NCBI RefSeq assembly: GCF_009914755.1
Contig: NC_060926.1
DNA length: 64,000 nt
Origin: the human T2T-CHM13v2.0 reference genome, Homo sapiens
Direction: 5' to 3' (one strand)
Shown: positions 37,431 through 49,490 of the stretch, piece by piece
Layout of the letters: every line of letters starts with the position of its first letter
Position numbering within the stretch: the stretch's first letter is position 1
Made by a program: the position numbers and the translations under genes
The notes under the pieces: generated by a model
Database searches by the model: none
Told to the model about the DNA's origin: nothing
The model's input: only the letters and a program-made list of their open reading frames with translations

Positions 37431-38260
37431 AGCTACGTAAGTTTACTTCAGTCTTCTATGTTCATTGTAATTCTTCCATGTAGAAGACTAACTGACACAA
37501 AAGCTGCTTTTAATGAATAAGAAATATCCGGGCATTTTGTTTTTCTTTTCCCTCATTTTCCCATCATGTATAGAAATTGGCTTCTGTTTTGCATCATAAG
37601 CAGACTAAACACCCTGTGTTTTGTCCCTCTAGGCCTGCAAGTCAGTGGAGGAGGACTTAAACTACAGCACCCTGCAGCAGACACATTTTGGAACTTCAGC
37701 TATTTATGTAAGAAGCTCTTGAAATCAGCTTTTCTGAAAAGTGGCACCTTAGATTTACAGAAGTAAGCCCAGAATGCAAACGGTTTTAACCATTCTTCAG
37801 TAGCTACCATACTGACATCCAAAACTCTGTTTATGATAAGCTATGTTGATCCTTAAAGCTGTGCTTTATAGATAAATATTTTGAAAGGATTTCCAATGCT
37901 GTTTGACTTATTGCTGCTTTGTTTTTCAAAAGATGCAAGTAGCAGCAGAACTCAAATTAATGTACATGTGCCAGTACATGAGTCATTACGTAACTTACTT
38001 TTGACTTTAAGAGCTGAAGTTGCCCATGGCATTGAACTAATTGATATTTTTATCCTTAATTATTCTCAAAGACTCAAAATAGAACCATTTATTTTTCCCA
38101 TAATAGTTTATTAGCATATTTTCTTTTTTTTTTAAATGTTTAATCTATTTAGAGAGAAAATCGCCAAGTCAGAAACAGTTGCCAACAGATGAATAGTACA
38201 TCTTAGGTAAAGTTCATGCTTTCAAAACTCTTATTGGGTTCGAGTAAAACTCTGGATTCT

Positions 38261-38390
38261 CTTTTTTATTTTTATTTATTTATTTATTTTAGCTTATATT
38301 TAAAGTTCAGGGGTACTTGTGCAGGTTTGTTACATAGGTAAACTTGTGTCATGGGGCTTTGTTGTACAGATTATTTCATTACTCAGGTAC
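38261..38390 (-). mobile_element. Very short 5'-truncated L1PA 3' end
   Basis: (ttta)n tail then agttcaggggtacttgtgcaggtttgttacataggtaaacttgtgtcatgggg...gtacagattatttcat. Confidence 0.88.
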
Positions 38391-39385
38391 ATTCTTTTAT
38401 AAGGAAAGAAATTCTTAATTTTTAATAATCTGAATATTGCCAGAAGGCTCAGTATAGAAACACTTTCCATGCAAGTTAGTGATGACAATGCAGGATGTGA
38501 GGATTTTTTGTGGTTGTTGCGGTGTGCGTTATGATTAAACGTCAAATATTGGTTATTATGTGATTAGTTATTTAATGTCAACATGTAAGAATTAAAGAAA
38601 GATGAAGACAACAATCTATTTGCATTTTAACAGTTAAATTTAAATTAACTAATCACATTGTAATCTTCAAATAGAATAAGGGAGCCAGTCAGGCAAAAGA
38701 GCTTTCTTCATTCCCTACTCAGGCAGAATATTTCAACCCCATTTTTCCTCCTCAGTGCCAACATCTGTCTCCACCTACATGTCAACCAGATGCATGTTTA
38801 GGAAGGTGATATACTTTTGGCATTCTCTGGGAATTTGCCAAGATCTTAGGCAAAAGGAATTAGGGTTAATGGGAAATAAATAGAAAAGTGAGATCTTTTT
38901 AAAAAAATGAAGTTCTCATAAATCTCAGTGAAGAAATATTATCCTGATTAAAATAACATGCATAGCTTATAAAAGATTATCATCAGCTAATCTGAGTGTA
39001 TTGAAACCAAGCAGGATATATTAACATGTATCCTTATGCTTACATGCTATGTTTTGTGATTAGAGAATACGGTTTGAAAAAATCCTTTTCAAATTAAAGC
39101 TCTTGGGCCAACAGCAATTAGATAAATCTAGTTTCTGACTAATGTTCTATATTCAGATTGCTGCTTGGATATTAAGGTGGAGATCTGATGGGTAGACAGA
39201 TAGAAAGGCTCATACATTTGTTATGATGTTGATTCATTTTGTGACTTCTTGCCTATTACATCCACTATTTATTGCTCCAAAATAAGAAGTATCTCTTCTA
39301 GGTCAAGTTTGACAGTCAGAAGAGAATGTCTGTAATATTCCTTCAGTTTAATTCAATTGTAACCTAAAACCACCACATTTATAGC

Positions 39386-39479
39386 AAATATGTTTTACAA
39401 TAACAAGGTGTATTAGGAAGGGTAGACTTGAAATATGTTTTACAATAGCAAGGTGTATTAGAAAGGGCAGGCTTGAAAT
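39386..39479. repeat. 45-bp tandem duplication (41/45 identical)
   Basis: aaatatgttttacaataacaaggtgtattaggaagggtagacttg (39386-39430) and aaatatgttttacaatagcaaggtgtattagaaagggcaggcttg (39431-39475). Confidence 0.93.
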
Positions 39480-39569
39480 GGATGAATCAGAATCCAACTG
39501 ACAATTCTAGCAATGAGAAAGTTCTTGAAAGCTATGGTTTTCATGTGCTAACCATTGCACTGGTCCCCA

Positions 39570-40010
39570 TCTCCTTCCTTCTGGGAACACATGATCAGGA
39601 ATGAGCCAATCATGAACCCCTTTGCCCCTCTGACTCTAGTGATTGCTCCAGAGATAGACCTATGATAGAAGCGAGGCTAATTAGATTTCCGGTTTTTTCT
39701 GTTTTATAAGTGTCTTATTTGGAACTGGAGGATAATCTTCCCATTTCCTCTTACGGTGAATTAAAGAAAAAAGACTGTGTCCCAAACTCAAGCATGTGAG
39801 GTTTCCTACTCACAAAAAGTGAGTAAGAAATTAAAAGAAAAAAAAAAAAAAACGAGAATCAAAGTTTAGGTCCCTTGAACTAAGTGCAGTGCAGTTCTGC
39901 CCTCATCGTTTCTTTTGTTTAGATAGTTTTTCAAAAAACTCCTCTCTTACTTAAACTGGTTCAAGGTTGGGTTTAAGTACACACAGATGAACGTGTACTG
40001 GGTAATCCAT
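39570..40010 (+). mobile_element. Old MaLR LTR (MLT1J/K-like), decayed
   Basis: gagccaatcatg...ctagtgattgctccagagatagacctatga...cttaaactggttcaaggttgggttt. Confidence 0.45.
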
Positions 40011-41651
40011 TATTTAAGCTAGCTGAACATGTTTCATCATTTGAAAAACGTAAATGATAAAATGGTCATCATGGATTTCTTGTAAAAGTGTAATCTATGC
40101 AGAGAGTCTAATTGTGCATGAGTCAAGGGGGTGCTCAATGGAAATTAGTTTCCTGATGCCACTTTTATTTCCAACATGCCACAGAAAAAGAACTTGTCTA
40201 GCAGACCTTATTATATGCTCAAGTGAAATATTTACACACCACTAATATATCTAGAGTTTAAGCTAACTGGCTGTGGCTTTCTTGGAAGTGAGGGGCCTTA
40301 ATTTTTAGTACTTTATCATAGTTAAAAAAAAAAAATGTAGGCCTAGTGACACAATCCCTCTCAGTTGAGGTTACTTTTTGTTTTAATACAGGAAAAAATA
40401 TTACAGATTATATTAGTTACTTTTCAAGTGTAATACCTTGAAGTGTGAAAGTGTGCTTATTAAATAGCATCTATGGTAGAGTGATTATGCACTATTATTC
40501 CCCCCACAGACCTTACCTCTCTGTTAAAGGATTGCCTTGGCCAAGGAAGCCATTATATTTCTAACTCTCATAAACTGAGTTTTCAAATGACAGCATGTGA
40601 AAAAAAGTCTTTGTAGAGGCAGGGCACAGCTAGAAATACATTTCAGCAATGACTGACAAAGAAAATGATTGAATCAGAGGGATGATGAGACCTATATTTG
40701 AAAAGAAAAAGTTAATTACTTTGCATTTGATTACAATTCATTGAATATATTCATCATAATCAAAATTATTTGTAAGCACCTATATTCTAGAGACTAAAGC
40801 TAAATTTTTTATGCATGATTTGAATAGACTGAGACCCTACTTTTCTGGGAGCTTATGAGTTAAGATGGTAAAATAATGACATTAGAAACAGACATCAACA
40901 TCATCAACACCTGTGCCTATCTTGATGTGCCATCTGTAAATATATTAACTTAACTATAATTTTATTTCATATAATGGACTATATATAATATTGGAATAGT
41001 GTAATATTATTTGGTATAATGCCTTCAGGAAGGAGTGGCATTGGGTCAGTGTTTAAAAGATGAAACAGAAGTAATTTTTGATAGCAAGAATGGAAAATCT
41101 CAAAGGTAATCCTTCAGATACAAAAAAAAATAAGCTAGTGTTTTTGTGACTGATGTTTCTAGTAAAATTTAAAATCAAGATTCCTAATAGTAATAAAATG
41201 TAGGCCTAAAATCAATTAAAGAAGTCATAAATTATAAAATATTCTTAACTCCTTTTGAAGAAAAACCTTTCAAAATCACTCATCCATTATTGTGTATGCG
41301 TGTGGTTGTGTGTGTGTGTCTGTATGTGTGTATGTAGAGTATTCTTATTTAAAACATGATAAATAGGCATCTTACAGGCTTGAAAGCAGGCTAAAAATAT
41401 CCGCTAAACTCCCCTAGGTTTCACGGCAGAGGCATAGAGCTCAGAGTTAGATAACTGAATTCTGTTTTCAGCTAAACCCCTGACTTCTGAGAGTAAGGCT
41501 TCAAGGAGCTGTTGTTGTTGCTAAAGGCACAGCAAAAGGCATGAAGAACAGTGGTGCTTGCCGTGAAGATTTTCTAATGGAGGTGGTCCAACCCTGCTGT
41601 TTTCTAAGGTTACTGTTCACTCTCAAGCTGCCTTCATGATGCTTTCTCTGT

Positions 41652-42111
41652 GTATTAATTTCCTAGGGCTGTTGTAACAGAGTAATAAAAACAAGGAGGC
41701 TTACAACAACAGAAGTTAACTCTCTCACAGTTCTAGAGGCTAGATGTCAACAGGGCCATGCCCTCCCTGATGGTTCCAGGGGAGAATCCTATGCCTCTTC
41801 CAACTTTTAGCATTTGCCGGCAGTCCTTGGCATTCCTTGACTTGTATGAATGTGACATTCTAGTCATGTGGCCGTCTCCTCCCTGTGATGTCGTCACATC
41901 ATCTTCCCTCTGTGTCTGTCTGTGCATCCAAAATACCACTTTTATGAGGATATCAATCATAGTGGATTAGAATCCACACTAATGACTTCATTTTAACTTG
42001 ATTACTCCTGTAAAGACCTTCTTTCCTTTTTTCCAAATAACGTTACCTCCTGAGGTACTGGAGGTTAGAACCTCAATACACATTTTTGGGGACACAATTC
42101 AACCCATAACA
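41652..42111 (-). mobile_element. MaLR LTR (MLT1C-like)
   Basis: tgtattaatttcctagggctgttgtaaca...cagttctagaggctaga...tgaggtactggaggttag...gggacacaattcaacccataaca. Confidence 0.88.
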
Positions 42112-42879
42112 TTTGGGGCTTATGCCTTCCTTTAAGGTTGACTCACAAAAATAGGAGTCTAAAGGGATTCTTGGAGCAATTTTCAGCGCCTTCACTTTCC
42201 GCGCCATTCTTATTCATGTTTCTACACTTTATACATTTCTAGCCTTCTCACATCACACTCCCTTTTCTTCTAAAATCATACATATTGCATTATACTCAGA
42301 GTTTATTTTTCTTTGTAATACTCTCCTCTACCCCCCACCCCCTTGATAGAAATACTAATGACCTGCAATCAGAACTTCCTATAAAGAGTCATAAGAGGGA
42401 GATGATATTATTTTTAAGTGCGTTTCTTTCCACTCCACCTCTCACCTATGCAGTTTCAACTTCCACATGGACAGGATTGGTGAGTAGAATAGGACGGAAC
42501 ACCTACCCAGTTGTATATTGGTTTCTTGCCAAAAATACTTTTCTTTTTCCACTTTGTCATCATGCACCCTAAATCCCTTACTAGAACCTCTCCAACTAAA
42601 TATTGTGTTAGTCGTGCTGAGAAGTTGATATCCTTCAATCTTTGGAAGACAAGTGAGACCACCTTCTGACAAGTGGTGTCCAAGCAGCATTCTACTTTGC
42701 CCAGCATGCCTTATAAACCATATTCTAATTATCCATGTGTGCTGTCACATGAAGCATTGCTCTACACTGATAAAGAACAGTGCCCAGGGACTACCGGAAA
42801 CCCACCCATAGTCAACCAAAATTAGGTTTATTAACCTGCTTCAGCAAAGAACACATATTGTAGTGAACACTAAGATGTG

Positions 42880-44240
42880 TCAGAAGTTAGTAAGCAAGGA
42901 GGGAGAACTTTCTGAGCAGAAGAAGCAAGAGATGCAAGGCATAAAGTTATGAATCATGATGATGTGATTAAGGAGCTATATGAAGTTTGCTATGGCATAA
43001 ACTGGCTCACATGGAGGTAAACAGAAATGAGAAATAAGAAATAAGCTGTCTGGGACAGCTTTGCCTGCCGGATAAGGGCCTGGGACTTTTTTCCATAGGT
43101 AATGGAGTGCCATTGAAGAATTAAAAGCATGCTGGTGATATAATTATATTTGGATGTTGGAAATTGCTCTTTAAAATGAGAAGGAAGCACAGGTTTGAGG
43201 GCTTGAGACTTTCATAATAGTTTAGACTAGAACGGATGAGACCTTGAAATAGAGCTGTGGCTTTAGGAATGATTTTTGAGTTATGTCAGACAGAGATGAA
43301 ATTGTATGGCTTAATAGGTGATGAGGATGAAGTAGAAGGAAGAATCTAGGGTAGGAATATTAAATCGATTTCAACACAGAATGATAACTGATGAATTCAA
43401 AGTGCCTGCTTGGAGTGCTCAGTTCAGACTCATTTTATGGCTATGGGAGTACATATTAGGAAAGCGGTGAATTAACCACAGTTTCCATGGCATGAGGAGG
43501 GGGAAGGAACACACTCATCGTGTGAAAATGGCATTGTGGCTGCGTAACTAGATACCATTTCATAATTCTCTCTTCCTTCCAGATCTCCAGTTTCTTTTCA
43601 GACAGCCACTTTTATATTTTATGTTCTTTAGGAAAAGGGATCATATAGGACAACTTCAATGGATATTCATAAAATGTCACTCATCTCCTTGCAGAGGGAT
43701 TGTCCAAGAGCCTAGGCCTAAGCACATCAGCCCCCGTCACTTCCACAAACAAAGAGGTTGGTTTAGAAGTGGGCATGTGATGCCATTCAGTTCAATGAGA
43801 TGCCAAAAGAGCTTTTCCATCTGGGAAATAACGTTTCTTGCTCTTAAGAGTAAGCTGGGGGAAAAAAAAGGGTAAGCTAGGATTAAGCCAACTGTAGTAG
43901 ACCAATAAATATCCATATTGTTTAAAGCAGTTTGAGCTGAGATTTCCATTACTTGTAATCAAAACACATTACTTATTGATGCTTTTGTTGTCCTTCCTGT
44001 AGCACAACTCCCAAGTTCTTATTTTCAGTGACTAGGTGGATGTTGGTTGCGTTCATCAAGCTGGACAACAGAGGAGGTAAAGATTTTAATCCTAGGTTGG
44101 TTGGATTTGTGACACATATAAGACATCCAGAGAAAAATAACTAATAAACAATGTACATGCTCATCTATACTTCAAGAATGAGATCTAGCATGGAGTTTTA
44201 GATTCGAAAATTACTCACGTACAATAGGGGCTTTAAACCA
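42880..44240 (-). mobile_element. Decayed L2 fragments interrupted by an old MLT1-like LTR (about 43560-43975)
   Basis: ggtaatggagtgccattgaagaattaaaagca, ataatagtttagactagaacggatga, agacatccagagaaaaataactaataaaca; internal ggtttagaagtgggcatgtgatgcc...gtttaaagcagtttgagctgagatttccattacttgtaatcaaaa. Confidence 0.5.
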
Positions 44241-45892
44241 TTGTGCAAAATGAGACAGAATATTAACTTACAAGGTAAAGGGCAGTATTCATGTTTTTTT
44301 CAATGACATACAACATGATACTTAGAGTTGAACAGAAGATAAAATATTAATGTATATTGAATGTAACGGGAAAATATTGTTTTTTAAAATTTCATTTAGT
44401 TATAAAGCTGTGTGCTCTGGATCATAATATAAGATATATTTCTTACTATAAGTAGAAGTCAAAATAGCTTTCAAAACACTGATACAGAGGGAGAAACTTA
44501 GAAAGCTAAGAACAAAACCTGGGGACCATGAAGGGGAGAGCAAGAGAAAATAATTCTAAACAGGGGAGACTGAGAAGGTAAAATCCACATAGAATGCTCT
44601 CACCATTTTAAATTCATCTGTATTTACCTTTTAGCAGAAATTTCTGATGCAACAAGAGTGATGGAGAGTCAAATTTGGGTAGGAACAACATTAGGTTTAG
44701 TAACTACTCTGCCTTACCTATCTTGCACCTAGAAGAATATGCCTTTCCTTCATGCACACTGATCCTTTACAGTTTGGACTCCTCCAGTCTCCTATTCCCC
44801 AAAACTCCATCTTTTCTCAACGCCCATTTCTTTTTCCCTAGTAATGTTTGAATATTCAATAGCTCCAAAATTTTATATTCAGCTTCTTTTCATATCAGCT
44901 TAAGAAGTCTCTACTTGTAAAGTATTGTAAACTTTTTATATGACAACACCTTGGAGTGACTAGGAGTGTAAAAAAAAAGCGAGGAAAAATCCTAAGTTTT
45001 AGTTAGCTGAATTATCTTATATAAATATGACATTTTTAACAGAATTCGCCCATGTGAACCTAGATTAGACAGACTAAATCAGTTTTTTACTTGAATCATA
45101 GGAAAAACCTCATTTTTCACCTAGGAAGTGAGAATGTGAGTTATAGGAGATCCCCGGAGACTCAGTTGGATCAAAATTCAATTCTGTTTTTAAATAGATT
45201 TGAAAAGTGTGGATCACTGTTTTCAGCAGCATCCCACGTAATCATAAAAATTTCATGCTGGCATCTCACAAATCAATGGTGTTTTTCAAGACTTTCTTTT
45301 TTTTGTACATTTGTTTGAGCGGCTAGAAGGATTAATTTGTTCTCATCAGGGTACAGACCACACAATACTGCAGAATGAACATTCTAATACAGTTGTCTAT
45401 TTAATGATTGCTTCTTTCTTGTGTAATGTGTATTATAATTTTGAAATATATCTGAGATGTTTGATTTTTATTGTATGTTAATTTACATTTCACATGCATT
45501 CATCTAAGAATCTGTGAAGAAAAGGGGCTCATCTCAAGGAAAGAACGTAATATTTCATTATTTAAACTGTATCTGAATCACAAAAGCAAAAATAGAATAT
45601 TTAAAATGCATATTTTTACCCTGAAGATACAAAAAATAAAAATAAAAAGGAGCAATTTATGAACAAGTCTACTTATTACAGCATTATTTGTATAATAAAT
45701 AATTTTGTAACGCAAAATTGCTTTGTATAATAATTCAAATGACCTTCATTAAAGAGCAGGTTGATTGAGCTATGATATAATCCCACAATAGAATAATATC
45801 CAGCTGTAAAAATAATGAGAAAGATATGTCATTATATGACTCTATAGTAATCTCCAAGACATATTACTAGGTAAAAACATCAAGTAGCAGAA

Positions 45893-46105
45893 TGGCAGAT
45901 TGCATTTTCCAAGAGTTGTGTAACTTTTTTTCATCCAACATTCCACATGTTCTTCAGAACCCAGTTACTTCCCCTTCAATAAGTGGAGTATATGACCCCT
46001 CCCTTTGAAACTTGGGAGACTTTTTGACTGTTTCAACTAATACACTGGTGATAAATGCTACTTTCAAGGCTAGATTATAAATAGTGATTGAGCTTCTGCC
46101 AGCCA
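45893..46105 (+). mobile_element. MLT1F/G-like LTR fragment
   Basis: tggcagattgcattttccaa...aagtggagtatatgacccctccctttgaaacttgg...ttcaaggctagattataa. Confidence 0.5.
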
Positions 46106-46139
46106 CCATGTCAATTATTTTAGATCACATTCATCATGT

Positions 46140-47468
46140 GAAGAGCGCACTTTATTTTCACTGGAATAGACACTAATTCTGTATGTGGAATTGCTTTTTC
46201 ACAATTCTTCCAATATCACCATCCTTGCATTTACAACATGCTTTATTCTCCTTCGCAATGTCTCACATGGCATCACTTCTGACAAAGCAACTCACTTTGT
46301 AGAAAATGTTGCAGTGGGTTCAGGTTTATGACATTCATTGGTCTTACCATGTTCCTTATTACCCTGATGTATCTGGCCTGTGGGAAGAGCAAATTAGTCT
46401 TTTGAAGACTCAGTTATGGAGCCAGTTGGTTGGCCACACCTTGTGGGTGGGGTGTATATTCTTCAGGATGCAGTATATACTCTGAATGAGTGACTATGGG
46501 TACTGTTTCTCCCGTATTCAGGACTTATGAATCTGAGAATCAAGGACTGGAAATGATAGTGGCCAATCTCCCTATAACCCCACCGATGTGTAGTTGCTTC
46601 CTCTGTCTGTAACACTAGCTTCTGCTGGTATAGAGGTCTTAGATTACAAAGGGAGAAATGCATCTTCTGGGACATACAGTAATAAATCAAATAGAAAGCG
46701 ACAGGCAAAAATGAGATTTATTGTATTTGCTAGATTGATCTCGAATATCAATGAAAAATTGAGTGAATATCAGTGAAAAATTGGGTTACTACTACACATT
46801 GGGGATAAGGAAGAGTATTCCTGAATTCAGGATATTTCATAGGGTATTGCTTAGAACTCCCATGTCCAGTCGTTAAAGTCAGTGGAAACTAGAATGACTC
46901 AATAGAGGCCGCAGTTCTAATGACTACACCTTCAAAAATAAAGATTTAGGTCACCCTACAAAGCAAGGAAGCATCACCCATGAAGGTGCTTACCCAGGTC
47001 ATAGGGGATATAAAAGGTATATTGGAAAATGGTCATTATAAGTATCAGCTATGACAATTTTTCAAGTTGCAGAAAGGAAATGATAATCATTAATATTTCT
47101 TCCTTATTTTGATATGAATATAAGTACATACATGTGTGTATACACATATGTAACTCATTTTCTTTCTTTCTTATACATGTCATTTTTTTTCATTCTCCCT
47201 CCCGTACCTCTACCATCTAACATGTTTTCATAGTAGCAAGCATTATATCTAAGCATTTGAGAAAGCATGGTTCAGTAAGAAGAGGAATAAATATCAGCCA
47301 AAAAAGACTCTGAATCCTCTTTTGGGAAAGGGGAGTGAGTTTTGGTTATACAGAGTATGGTTGAATCCTATTAGGTAGACTCATGATTTTGCCATTGCAT
47401 TTATTTGGGAGTTTAGTATAATTAAAAGAGGGATATATATTGGACGATGACTTCACAAAAGATAGACT
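46140..47468 (+). mobile_element. ERVL-class internal sequence: decayed integrase and downstream region to the polypurine tract
   Basis: tttattttcactggaatagacact (FxFTGIDT), ggcatcacttctgacaaagcaactcacttt (GITSDKATHF; ERVL consensus SIASDQGTHF), attcattggtcttaccatgttcct (IHWSYHVP). Confidence 0.8.
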
Positions 47469-48078
47469 GTGGTGGCTTTGTAAACTGTCAGGTTAGTTGG
47501 ATCTAAGTTTCTCAGTATTCTCTTCCATGTTCAGTTCTAAGTTAAGATTTGCCACAAGTGAAATTTGCATGGAATTTAAAGTCTAACTGGAATCCAGCAG
47601 CCAGAATTACACTCAGACCTGTGTGGGGTCACGCACTGTTGCTGCTCACACAGTTTATGACATTGTGGTGGATCTGCATAGTGCAGCAGCTTGGTTGGCA
47701 GCTTCTCAAACTGCCCCTGGATCTCCTCCTTCAGTTTTTCTGAAAGCTGCTCATGTCAGGGGCTGATGTTTTGGCAATTTGTTCAAGCTCTTTTGCAGAA
47801 CATCATCAAAGTTGGAGGCTTGGAGGTGCTGAGATACCACTGCCAGTTCAGCTGAGAAACAGATATGGATGCCAAGTTTACCTTCACAGGTTCCACTTTG
47901 GTCCTGCCCTCCTCATTCCTTCCTAGTCTTACAGACTTCAAGCCCAGCTCCAGTTCTAGGGGTAGCAGGCTCACATAGCTTAACTGGCTCTCTCAATTGT
48001 GTAAGGGGTATTCCAGCAATAAATTCTTAACATTGCTTGTAGTGGTTCAGCTTCTCTGATCAAATTCTAAAAGATTCA
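47468..48078 (+). mobile_element. 3' LTR of the ERVL remnant (LTR52/LTR40/41-like)
   Basis: Starts tgtggtggctttgtaaactgtcag right after a purine-rich tract; aataaa near 48018 and gtggttcagcttctctgatcaaattct near the end. Confidence 0.55.
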
Positions 48079-48445
48079 AGAAGAATTTTTATTGTATGCT
48101 GTTTTAAAAAGAAAAAGTGAAAGATAATCTAAAAGTTAGTGAAAATAGTTACTCTGTAGACAGAGAATAATAAGAAAGAGAAAATGCAGACTTTGAAACT
48201 CTGAAAGTATTTTAGTTCATAGTTTTGACTTTCAAATCACGTAAATATGTTTCATGAATTAATAACCCAAATTAAAAGCAAAAAAACCAAAGTATTCTGT
48301 TATAATGGAACAGTATATAAAAAGTGTGTGTATGTATATACATATAAAAACACATGTATATATACACACATATATAGTATATTCAAAGAATATAGTATAA
48401 ATTCATATCTAAGCAGTTTCTATAGTATATAAAATATGTAAAATT

Positions 48446-48750
48446 TGCCAGGCGTGGTGGCTAATGCATGTAATCCTAGCACTTTGGGAAGCCAAGGCAG
48501 GCGGATTACCTGAGGTCGGGAGTTCAAGACCAGCCTGACCAACATGGAGAAACCCTATCTCTACTAAAAATACAAAATTAGCCAGGTGTGGTGGCACATA
48601 CCTGTAATCCCAGCTACTCAGGAGGCTGAGGCAGGGGAATCACTTGAGCCCAGGGGGTGGAGGTTGCGGTGACCCGTGATTGTGCCATTGTACTCTAGCC
48701 TGGGAAACAAGAGCGAAACTCTGTCTCAAAAAATAAATAAATAAATAAAT
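48446..48750 (+). mobile_element. AluSp-like SINE with TSD
   Basis: cctgaggtcgggagttc, cctgaccaacatggagaaacc, aacaagagcgaaact; TSD aaaatatgtaaaatt at 48431-48445 and 48751-48765. Confidence 0.95.
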
Positions 48751-48984
48751 AAAATATGTAAAATTGATGAAATAAACAGACATAGAACTGTTCTTTCAAA
48801 TGACCTTAAAAAACACAATGCTTTGATTCAAAAGGTGGACGTACATATTCCTCAGTTTGGGATATTAAAAAAAATTTGGAAGTACATATTCTGAAATATA
48901 AAAAAGAAAAATCAGATCTGTTTTTATTTTAATTAAAATGTAAATAATTTTATTTTGAAACTATATAATACACATATATAAACT

Positions 48985-49490
48985 TATGCAAAGGTGACAT
49001 GTGGCTTTCTATCTTGATCAAGATTTTCATGTAATATTAAAGGATAATGAAAGATTTTTGTTTGCCTCTTGAATAAACTCATGAAATAGAAGGAAAAGAC
49101 AAGAGATAGATTGTTTGGAAAGCTAAGTCTTCCGTCTATCAATGAGTAAATGTTTTTGCCTGTGTAAAACTTTTGAGTTATCATTTTGGCTAAATGAATG
49201 ACTTATTGTGACGTGGAATTCTATTTTATAATGTCAAGTGTTTTAAACCTTTAACGTATTTGATAGGCTTCCCAAAATCAAATTTCAACTTTAAAGTGGT
49301 CTTTTCTGACCTCTAACTTTGGTACAATACAGAGGGCCCCTGAAGCATCCAAAAGAGAGATAAACAGGATTATTTGGCATGTTAAGTTACATGGAAGCAT
49401 TGTCAAAATAAAAAATAATGCTTAATCTTCTTCAGGTTATATTTTAGTCAATGATATTAATATATGTTCCAAAATTGTATGGAATTTCTA
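48985..49490 (+). mobile_element. MER57/MER4-group internal segment, apparently inverted relative to the adjacent provirus
   Basis: atgcaaaggtgacatgtggctttct...aagattttcatgtaatatt...tatgttccaaaattgtatggaatttctaa reads in the sense orientation of the recalled MER4-group internal consensus. Confidence 0.55.
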
